Source of the DNA: Promethearchaeota archaeon
GTDB lineage: Archaea; Asgardarchaeota; Hermodarchaeia; Hermodarchaeales; Hermodarchaeaceae
Assembly: GCA_048938385.1 (NCBI GenBank)
Contig: JBHLMG010000003.1
Location: 85,190 to 128,752 of the forward strand
Length of the DNA: 43,563 nt
Reading direction: 5' to 3'
Shown here: piece after piece, positions 35,882 to 43,563 of the stretch
Layout of the letters: each line of letters starts with the position of its first letter
Numbering within the stretch: the first letter of the stretch is position 1
Translations under genes and position numbers: made by a program
Notes under the pieces: model-generated
Databases searched by the model: none
Seen by the model: only the letters and a program-made list of their open reading frames with translations
What the model was told of the DNA's origin: nothing

Positions 35882-37309
35882 ATGTCAGAGATATCTTCAG
35901 GTTCGTCTAGAAAAAAACTCTACGCGATTGTTGCCATTGTCATAATCGCCGGTGCTAGTATTAGTGTTGGAGCTTGGTGGTTATTGACACATCCTTGGAC
36001 CCCTCCCACCGAAGGAGTTACTCTCAAAATCATAACACGCCATGACACAACGATCTGGAATATCTTCCGCGATGCATTTCTTGCTTCTGATCTAGCAGCG
36101 GCTACAAATGTAACTTGGATTGATTACATATCGCCATTAGCGCCCCAATGGATTGAGGTTATCACCAATCCTGCGGGATTACCTGATGTTGCTTGGGGTG
36201 GAGGACCCACCTTATTTGACGAGCTCATAGAGGCAGGATTACTCTCGAAGATGAATAGCACCTACATGCAAGAGGTAATTGGGCGAGTACCAGGTGATAT
36301 TGCGGGTGCTGCCATGAAGCGCAATGACTCGGAAAACGATGTTCTCTGGGCAGCAGCGGCAATCAGTTCGTTCGGATTTACCGTAAATAACCAAACCTGG
36401 GCGGCCAAAAGCCTTCCATGGCCTTCAACTTGGGAAAATCTAACTAGTCCACTCTACTATCACCCTACAGCCACTATTTCCATGGGCAACGCACCAGGAA
36501 CTACAAGTAATACGCGCATTTACGAAATCATTATCCAGAAATTTGGATGGGAGGCTGGCTGGTCCATGCTTACCCAAATGGCTGGAAATTCACAAATCTA
36601 CGCGGGCTCTGTAGACACCCAAACTGCTGTTGAAACAGGTGAAGTTGCTGTTGGCATGACTATCGATTTCTATGGCTACACTTCGATGTACAAGTATAGC
36701 TATTGCCAGTATGTCCTCCCTCAGAACGGTTCCATTGTGAATGGTGACCCTATCGCAATTCCCACTACATGTAGAAACAGGGCTGCAGCTGAAGCCTTCG
36801 TTGACTTTATTCTCAGTCCAGAAGGACAAGCTCTTTGGCTTCGACCTACTATCAATCGGATGCCGGTATTGGAATCAGCTTTTGATACTACTTACGGTCA
36901 AACTCGACCAGATCTTGAGGCGTTCTATCAATCCACGATTAGTAACATAGGAATTCCATTCAATGACTCTCTCGTGTTGTCCTATGAACGAAGCTTTGTT
37001 CACTACTTTGAGGCTGCTATTACTAATGCCCACGCAGAGCTTCGAAGTGCTTGGGGTAAATTGGTTACTTGGTATCTCGTCGATCCTGTTGGAAGACAAG
37101 GCCAATTTGAGACCTATGTTGCACAGCTCGCAGATACACTCACTGTTCAAGACCCAATCACTTCGGTTAGTGAAAAATTCACCGAATCCTACGCTCAAAA
37201 CATCAATGCCCTCATCCGAACAGACGATGTATTCAGAGAGATAATAAAAAGTCGATGGACTGCTGCGGCTATTGCCCAGTATGAGGCTGTTGAAGCCTCA
37301 ATTCCCTAA
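35882..37309 (+). CDS. ABC transporter substrate-binding protein (Fe3+/thiamine-like family)
   Basis: N-terminal anchor, DVAWGGG, IDFYG, NGDPIAI, AAEAFVDFILSPEGQ. Confidence 0.88.
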   Translation: MSEISSGSSRKKLYAIVAIVIIAGASISVGAWWLLTHPWTPPTEGVTLKIITRHDTTIWNIFRDAFLASDLAAATNVTWIDYISPLAPQWIEVITNPAGLPDVAWGGGPTLFDELIEAGLLSKMNSTYMQEVIGRVPGDIAGAAMKRNDSENDVLWAAAAISSFGFTVNNQTWAAKSLPWPSTWENLTSPLYYHPTATISMGNAPGTTSNTRIYEIIIQKFGWEAGWSMLTQMAGNSQIYAGSVDTQTAVETGEVAVGMTIDFYGYTSMYKYSYCQYVLPQNGSIVNGDPIAIPTTCRNRAAAEAFVDFILSPEGQALWLRPTINRMPVLESAFDTTYGQTRPDLEAFYQSTISNIGIPFNDSLVLSYERSFVHYFEAAITNAHAELRSAWGKLVTWYLVDPVGRQGQFETYVAQLADTLTVQDPITSVSEKFTESYAQNINALIRTDDVFREIIKSRWTAAAIAQYEAVEASIP

Positions 37310-37325
37310 GCGCGTCTATTAAAAA

Positions 37326-37348
37326 GGGCGAAGAATGTCTCTTCGCCC
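37326..37348 (+). terminator. Intercistronic hairpin (terminator or mRNA stabiliser)
   Basis: GGGCGAAGA-atgtc-TCTTCGCCC perfect 9-bp stem, with a T-rich run shortly after. Confidence 0.6.
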
Positions 37349-37507
37349 CCCAACTCTTTTATTTAAACAGCTCGTTAATCTGCCATGCTGATGATTGTTT
37401 GGTTTCTTGTTTTGTTGACCTTCATTAAAGCTTTTTATTACCTTTGGAATCTATAATGCTACATTACCATAATCGCCCTAACCTCCCAATGAGAAATAAA
37501 TGAAGGT

Positions 37508-39427
37508 ATGCTAATGACTGGTACGCTCTCTGAAGATGGTTTGAAGATGAGGGTAACCAACTGGTTACGCCGGAGGAAAGAGCAAATACTATCTTGGCGT
37601 AAGTTCTTCACATGGCAGTATTGGGTAAACCTCTATATTCAACTCCGTTCAGAATTAGGTACTTTTTCCCTTCTTCAATTACTCGTTGTAATCTTTGTCT
37701 TCGCGCTGTTCATGATACTACCACTAATAAGCGTGATATGGACCGCATTCGTTATCAATGGGCAGTTTTCATTACTCTGGTTCCAACTTATTTTTAGTGA
37801 CGCAAGATTTTGGCCAGTGGGGGGCATTTCAGGTGTTCCTATTGAGCTAGTTGGCGATTACTTGTATATTCGTGGCATTGACGCTGGAGCGATTCTTAAT
37901 ACAATTTATGTCGGTCTTGCTACAACGGTTATCTCTACCCTGATTGGTGTGGCACTTGCATTTTTCATGGCGCGTTATGAGTTTCGTGGAAAAAGTATTT
38001 TACGAGTTCTTCTGCTCATTCCAATCCTTTCAACGCCCTTTGTGAGCGCCGTTTCCATCAAGAAGATATTCGGCGAATTTGGAATGTTGAACTTGATATT
38101 TTATCCTCTCACCCATGTTCGCTTAATTATCGAAGGATTAGCCGCAGTAATTCTAGTGCAATCTCTTCACTTCTTCTCCTTGGTGTATCTCTCAACCTAT
38201 GCGGCTTTTCTGGCTATTGATCCATCTCTTGAAGAGCAGGGAGAAAACATGGGAGCAAAGGGGTTTGGGCTTTTTAGACGAGTAACCCTCCCTTTAGCAT
38301 TACCTGGGATTGAGGCCGGTGCAATTTTAACCTTCATCCTCAGTGTCGAAGATCTTGGAACGCTCGTTGTGTTTTCTCAAGATCCACAAGTGCGTCGAAC
38401 GATAACCTATCAAATCTTCTCACTGATTTTTGCCCCCACTGGGACGATAAATCCCATTGCTCCAGCTCTCAGCGTATTGTTACTGTTCATTGCCATTATT
38501 AGTTTCCTTCTCATCCGAAGATACATGTCGTTAAGACAATACGCTATGCAAACGAAAGGTGGAACATGGAATCCAAGATTACATAAGGCAAAATGGTATC
38601 AAGCTATCGCGATTTACATCTTCATCGGTGTTGTACTCTTTTTTGCGTTGCTTACGCCATTAGGGATTATTTTACTTGCGTTTTCTACAGAATGGGGAAC
38701 CACAATCCTGCCCGTCAATTTCCCTACTATCATCAACTTTTTCCTCGTTTTTACTGATTATCTTGTGGTCAATTCAATTGTCAATAGTTTGCTGTATAGT
38801 GCCGTAGCGGTACTAATTATAATCGGGTTGGCAACAGGGATAGCCTATATTGTGGCGAGAAAGAAGCTACCAGGCTTAGGCGTTATAGACCTTTTGGTCA
38901 CCATTCCTATCGCGCTACCAGGAATCGTCATCGCCATGGGCTATTTCCTTTTCTTCGTGCGAATCCCACTATTTACCAACACGCTTCTTAATCCCCTCAT
39001 CACAACTATATTTCTGTTTTTCATGGCTTTAGCAGTCAGAAAATTCCCCTTTACAGTAAGATCGACTTTTGCAGGTCTTCAGCAAACTAATGTGGAACTC
39101 GAAGAAGCAGCAGAGAATCTGGGTGCCAGTCGAGCACGAACATTTGTGGGTATTGTGATACCTTTAGTGGCAGTTAGTGTTTTAGCGGGGGGAATGATGT
39201 CTTTCGTATATTGCATGTCTGAGGTCAGTGTGAGCTTAGTGTTAGGAGGAGTCAAGCCGGAACAGGCTCCACTCACTTGGAAAATGATGGATGTCTTAAG
39301 TCAAGTGGCCGCAGGTTCTCACTCAGCTGCGGTATTAGGATTTCTTTTGATGATAATCCAAATCACAATAATCACTATTGTAAATGTCGTATTGAAACAC
39401 CGTACCGAAGCAATGGTGGGATTATAA
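37508..39427 (+). CDS. ABC transporter permease (FbpB-like, two fused TM domains)
   Basis: Two EAA loops (IDPSLEEQGENMGA; LEEAAENLGA). Confidence 0.92.
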   Translation: MLMTGTLSEDGLKMRVTNWLRRRKEQILSWRKFFTWQYWVNLYIQLRSELGTFSLLQLLVVIFVFALFMILPLISVIWTAFVINGQFSLLWFQLIFSDARFWPVGGISGVPIELVGDYLYIRGIDAGAILNTIYVGLATTVISTLIGVALAFFMARYEFRGKSILRVLLLIPILSTPFVSAVSIKKIFGEFGMLNLIFYPLTHVRLIIEGLAAVILVQSLHFFSLVYLSTYAAFLAIDPSLEEQGENMGAKGFGLFRRVTLPLALPGIEAGAILTFILSVEDLGTLVVFSQDPQVRRTITYQIFSLIFAPTGTINPIAPALSVLLLFIAIISFLLIRRYMSLRQYAMQTKGGTWNPRLHKAKWYQAIAIYIFIGVVLFFALLTPLGIILLAFSTEWGTTILPVNFPTIINFFLVFTDYLVVNSIVNSLLYSAVAVLIIIGLATGIAYIVARKKLPGLGVIDLLVTIPIALPGIVIAMGYFLFFVRIPLFTNTLLNPLITTIFLFFMALAVRKFPFTVRSTFAGLQQTNVELEEAAENLGASRARTFVGIVIPLVAVSVLAGGMMSFVYCMSEVSVSLVLGGVKPEQAPLTWKMMDVLSQVAAGSHSAAVLGFLLMIIQITIITIVNVVLKHRTEAMVGL

Positions 39428-39433
39428 GAAAAG

Positions 39434-40573
39434 GTGAAAAAAATGGTTTCAATTGATTTAGTCCAATTAACTAAACGGTTTGGAGAAGTCGTCGCTTGCG
39501 ATCATATAGACCTTCATATTGAGGATGGAGAACTCTTCACTCTGCTAGGACCTTCTGGGTGTGGAAAGACAACAATACTTCGCTGTGTGGCGGGATTCTA
39601 TCGACCTGAAGAAGGTCAAGTATTTTTTGGAAAAGATGATGTTACACTTGTTGAACCAAACAAGCGCGATACAGGCATGGTCTTTCAAAATTACGCGATC
39701 TGGCCACATATGAAGATCTTCGATAATGTAGCCTTTGGTCTGAAAATTCGAAAACTTCCCAAAGAAAAGATTCGAACGAAGGTCTTGGATATCCTCGAGT
39801 TAGTTCGACTAGGTGGTTTTGAAAATCGTACTCCTTTCCAATTAAGCGGTGGTCAACAGCAACGGGTTGCTTTAGCTCGAGCCTTAGTCATTGAACCGCG
39901 GGTTCTCCTCTTCGATGAACCTTTAAGTAATTTAGATGCGAAACTACGCATAGAGATGCGCCATGAAATCAAACGCATCCAAAAGGAATTTGGAATTACA
40001 ACAATCTATGTGACTCATGATCAAGAGGAAGCATTAAGCATATCTGATCGTATTGCAGTCATCGACCTTGGTCATATCATGCAAGTGGGTTCACCGGTTG
40101 AAATTTATGGCGAACCTCAAAACCTCTTTGTTGCTGATTTCATCGGATCCTGCACATTTCTTCCTGGAACCATTACCAGCACTAATGGTTCAGAACTCGT
40201 TATGAAAACACCTTGGGGTCTTCAACTCCATGGACGAACAACTGCTGATGCTGCGCGAATTAAAAAAGACGAGAAGGTGTTTGCAGCAATTCGACCAGAA
40301 GATTTCAGGGTGCGTAAACCTACTTCGCGTTTTAACTTGATACCCAGTTCAATCGAAAGCGTCGTATTTACTGGAAGGTATTATCAAGTGTTCGCAAATG
40401 TTGGTGGAACTCAGCCTGTAAAAGCCGAACTCGCTGCTGATTCGGCTGTAAAAATCGGAGACAAGTGTGATTTACATGTTGGCTACAACGATGTAATTAT
40501 CCTGAAAGCGGAAGGGGATCCTTTCACCAATCGAATACGACAACTAATCACTGGTAGAGCGGAAGCGGATTAG
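39434..40573 (+). CDS. ABC transporter ATP-binding protein (PotA/FbpC-like, TOBE domain)
   Basis: GPSGCGKT, LSGGQQQR, LLFDEPLSNLD, YVTHDQ. Confidence 0.96.
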   Translation: MKKMVSIDLVQLTKRFGEVVACDHIDLHIEDGELFTLLGPSGCGKTTILRCVAGFYRPEEGQVFFGKDDVTLVEPNKRDTGMVFQNYAIWPHMKIFDNVAFGLKIRKLPKEKIRTKVLDILELVRLGGFENRTPFQLSGGQQQRVALARALVIEPRVLLFDEPLSNLDAKLRIEMRHEIKRIQKEFGITTIYVTHDQEEALSISDRIAVIDLGHIMQVGSPVEIYGEPQNLFVADFIGSCTFLPGTITSTNGSELVMKTPWGLQLHGRTTADAARIKKDEKVFAAIRPEDFRVRKPTSRFNLIPSSIESVVFTGRYYQVFANVGGTQPVKAELAADSAVKIGDKCDLHVGYNDVIILKAEGDPFTNRIRQLITGRAEAD

Positions 40574-40649
40574 CCTCTCAGTGCCAACTCTAAGGGACTA
40601 AGTCTGTAAATGCGGCGTATAGAGGCCTCTTTTTCCAGAGTTACGAAAG

Positions 40650-41336
40650 CTAAGATCGATATTTTATGATTAATGAAATGATAACATGCGCCACTTCGTT
40701 GGTACGATCTCCAATTCTACCGAGAAGCTGAATAATATCATGTAATAACACAAAGGTAGCTGTTTTCATTTTATGCTTCATGAGTGTTTGGAGCGTTTCA
40801 AACTCCACAAGCCGGTTCTGTTTACGAATCGGTCTAACCTTTTGAGCCTCAGTGAGAGCCGAATTAAAGTCTGTACTTAACAGTCGGATGCTTTTAACAA
40901 CGGCTTCCGTGGCCTCAAGGCAATAATGCCCCATTTCACTGAGTTTCTCCTTGATTTTCAATGGTATGGCCTCATCAATAATGCGGAGTTTTCGAACGAT
41001 AATTTCACTTCGATCTGCAATACTATCCATTTTTTCAATTAGGGAATATCGTTCACTACTAGTAACTGGAAGGGCTGTTTCTTGCAGTTTTTCATCAAGC
41101 TCTTCTTCAACGCGATCAGCTTCAGACTCAAGTTCTAATACGCGTTCTGAAAGTTCCTTTTCTTCTTTCATTAAGCGGTAATCGGGCTTTTTCTTTAGAA
41201 TAACATCGAGATACTGATTGAGCACTTTAACTGTTTCTAGTATGATCTCACTCTGCTCGTTGATGAGCTCACTAATGGCTTTTTCATCTTTTTTTCTCCA
41301 CAAGCTCAACACCTGAACGCGAACAGAATGGAGCAT
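40650..41336 (-). CDS. DUF47 / PhoU-like phosphate transport regulator
   Basis: LESEADRV and DSIADRSE helical motifs; adjacent to PiT. Confidence 0.85.
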   Translation of the reverse strand: MLHSVRVQVLSLWRKKDEKAISELINEQSEIILETVKVLNQYLDVILKKKPDYRLMKEEKELSERVLELESEADRVEEELDEKLQETALPVTSSERYSLIEKMDSIADRSEIIVRKLRIIDEAIPLKIKEKLSEMGHYCLEATEAVVKSIRLLSTDFNSALTEAQKVRPIRKQNRLVEFETLQTLMKHKMKTATFVLLHDIIQLLGRIGDRTNEVAHVIISLIIKYRS

Positions 41337-41406
41337 CTAGACTAAAACGGTTTTCATAATTTGAAGACGCACTGTAACACGATTCTAAACTGAAAAGTGT
41401 TGTTAA

Positions 41407-42423
41407 CTAAATTAATGCGAATACTAGAAAGGTTGGTCTAATGAATAGATAGAGCCAAAATATTCCCAGGGCCAAAAGCGCTGAAACTGGAATGGTCAAA
41501 AAAGTTGCAAGCAAAATTTTGTTCAATCCTGGACCTCTTACTGGATTACGGTTAGCTAGTCCTACTCCAATCACCGCAGTTACTAGCACATGGGTTCCGG
41601 AAAGGGGGATACCGAAAATGGTTCCAATCAGAAGGACTGTGGCTACAGCTACTTCTGCAGAAAAACTTGTGCTTGGTCGAAGTTCAGTGATTTCTATTCC
41701 GATAGTTGCTACTACTCGCCGCCCAATTAAAAAGAGGCCAATAGCCATTCCAATACCTCCAAGAAGTAAGAACCATGGCCACAAGGCACGATCTGAGAAA
41801 ATCATGGTTAGAATTCCTACAGCCTTAGAGACATCATTACCTCCACGGCTTAACCCACTGATCACTACCATTATGAGTAAGAGCCATCCAAAGATTTTCT
41901 CAAATCGTTGGATGGCATCTAGGTTAGTCGCTCGTGGTAACACAAATTTCTTTACAGCTGATTGTAAAAAGAAAGCAATAATTAAACCAAAGACCGGGCT
42001 CAAAATCCAACCAATAACGATTTCAATAATCGTGAACCAGTTGATTAATGGTGTCTGGGTAGTTAATTCAATGAATAGGCCCACACCTAAGACACAACCG
42101 ACAATCGAATGAGTAGTTGAGGCTGGATATCCTCGTAGCGAGGCAATTAGAAGCCAAACCGTCATGGCTATGGCTAATACGAGTACGATGTCAATGGACA
42201 ACGGGGCTAGGACCATTTCTTCTCCAATAGTCTGAGAGACTCCTGCTCCTAGCAATTGCGCACCGATAATCTGAAGGCACGCACCCAATAAGATTGCTGC
42301 GTTTAGTTTGAGCACTTTTCCACCGACAACACTTGCCACTGTTTCATCGTTTGCCCCAATCGCAATTGCTACTATAAACAGAAGAATAAGTAGGAATGCG
42401 ACTAAGATCATTGGGGCAATCAT
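41407..42423 (-). CDS. Inorganic phosphate transporter (PiT family)
   Basis: GAND, PASTTHSIVG, GGNDVSKAVG, GIPLSGTH signatures. Confidence 0.93.
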   Translation of the reverse strand: MIAPMILVAFLLILLFIVAIAIGANDETVASVVGGKVLKLNAAILLGACLQIIGAQLLGAGVSQTIGEEMVLAPLSIDIVLVLAIAMTVWLLIASLRGYPASTTHSIVGCVLGVGLFIELTTQTPLINWFTIIEIVIGWILSPVFGLIIAFFLQSAVKKFVLPRATNLDAIQRFEKIFGWLLLIMVVISGLSRGGNDVSKAVGILTMIFSDRALWPWFLLLGGIGMAIGLFLIGRRVVATIGIEITELRPSTSFSAEVAVATVLLIGTIFGIPLSGTHVLVTAVIGVGLANRNPVRGPGLNKILLATFLTIPVSALLALGIFWLYLFIRPTFLVFALI

Positions 42424-42631
42424 GGGTGTTAAGATACCTCCGTGTCTGCACGAGGGTGACCACTATATATTCTATAGTCTCTATAGACACGAGACTCGCC
42501 TCCCCTAACTAAAGAAGTTTTCGAATGCATTTGTTGTAAAAATTCCAAACATTGTCATTCAGGAAGCTCTGTGTTTCAAATAGCATTTGAATCTCAGATA
42601 TTGGAAGAACTAGCTTGCTTTCGGTGTTTAA

Positions 42632-43563
42632 TCACTCTTCATCGTTCTTGAAGAGTTTCTTGCTAGATTTACGGGCGCGTTGCATGCTCATTGCCGCGTC
42701 TTCGTCTGCAATGGGTGCTGCTTGAGCAACGCCTACAACAGAGCGCTTACTCATTTCTTCCTTTTGACGTTCAGCCACTTGTTCGGCTTCTTGGATCTCA
42801 TCGTCTAGCACTTTATCGACCTTGTCAATAGCTTTGGATAAGGCCCTTGGGGCCTTGCTACGGACGGCACGGAACGCATGTTGTGTAGCCTCCAGGATTT
42901 TCTTGCTTTTCGCTACTTCACCGCGATATTGCTCTTCACCTGCTCGTTGGACGGCGTAGGTGGCAGGGAGCTCGGCATCAAGGGTCTCAATAATCGGTGT
43001 AGCGTCTTCTGATACTTTCACCCGTTTGGTGATGACTCGCATCCGTTGGTTACCATCTTCGTCCATGTAGGAGACTTGGACTTGGATTGGCACTTCCTTC
43101 TTTTTGACTTTCTTGGAGGGTTCTAATCGAACATACACTTCTCGGTCTTCGGTTACCGATCCCATCCGGATACCTTGTTTCAGTTGTTCTGGGGACGGCG
43201 TTCCTAGACCGCTGACTTCAGCGACTTCAACCCCTGTTGGAGCGATGACCCGCATTCGGACACCTCGGGCAACGACCTTGTCACTAGATGAGGCTACCAT
43301 GGCATCTGCGAGTTCCGAAGCTTCTGCGTAGTACATGTTTCCTCCGGTTTGCATGGGCATTACTGCCAGGGCTTCCAGGGCCATGAATGCAGAGGGATCC
43401 TTTATGCCTACAACATCGATGATGATGCTAGCGTTTGCGGCTTTTGTGGCTAGATCAGCGTAGAGTTGGGCACCCGTTGTGGAACTGCCTTCTAAAGCTC
43501 CAACCCCTTCGTTTGCGAGGCCATCGGTCAAGAGGATAACGCGTCCACTGCGGTCTTTCATGA
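42632..43563 (-). CDS. Sec23/Sec24-like vWA + beta-sandwich protein (N terminus outside window)
   Basis: GRVILLTDGLANEGVG, LYADLA...IDVVG...TGG vWA trunk; IQVQVSYMDEDGNQRMRVIT beta-sandwich motif. Confidence 0.72.
   Translation of the reverse strand, partial: MKDRSGRVILLTDGLANEGVGALEGSSTTGAQLYADLATKAANASIIIDVVGIKDPSAFMALEALAVMPMQTGGNMYYAEASELADAMVASSSDKVVARGVRMRVIAPTGVEVAEVSGLGTPSPEQLKQGIRMGSVTEDREVYVRLEPSKKVKKKEVPIQVQVSYMDEDGNQRMRVITKRVKVSEDATPIIETLDAELPATYAVQRAGEEQYRGEVAKSKKILEATQHAFRAVRSKAPRALSKAIDKVDKVLDDEIQEAEQVAERQKEEMSKRSVVGVAQAAPIADEDAAMSMQRARKSSKKLFKNDEE

Noticed and set aside
41492-42112. 206-aa antisense ORF
   Set aside because: Shadow of the PiT transporter; composition mirrors hydrophobic codons on the other strand.

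Overview
Gene-dense chromosomal segment of an archaeon, very probably an Asgard archaeon. Evidence: archaeal TFB, archaeal/eukaryote-type ProRS and BRE/TATA-like promoters, plus several eukaryotic-signature proteins (a longin-small GTPase fusion, a longin-roadblock-tandem winged-helix protein resembling NPRL2, a Sec23/24-like vWA protein, a possible gelsolin-fold protein). Metabolic content: L-lactate permease, a DAO-family FAD oxidoreductase, a non-pyrrolysine MttB/corrinoid/MtaA methyltransferase set linked to a cysteine-synthase-family gene, acyl-CoA dehydrogenase, OPT, Fe3+/thiamine-type ABC and PiT transporters. Also three surface proteins and an orphan N6-adenine methyltransferase. Two loci stand out. 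(1) 6701-7271: a gelsolin-like ORF followed by a ~53-aa WH2/beta-thymosin-like peptide, a candidate actin-regulatory pair. (2) 24020-25450: a wHTH regulator, four copies of a pseudo-palindromic operator TCKCA-N5-TGMGA, and a downstream transcript with three SD-preceded micro-ORFs (40, 34, 39 aa; below the ORF-track cutoff) overlapping strongly base-paired RNA-like structure. No rRNA, tRNA, CRISPR array or transposase was recognised. All family calls come from motif recognition by eye; no searches were run.
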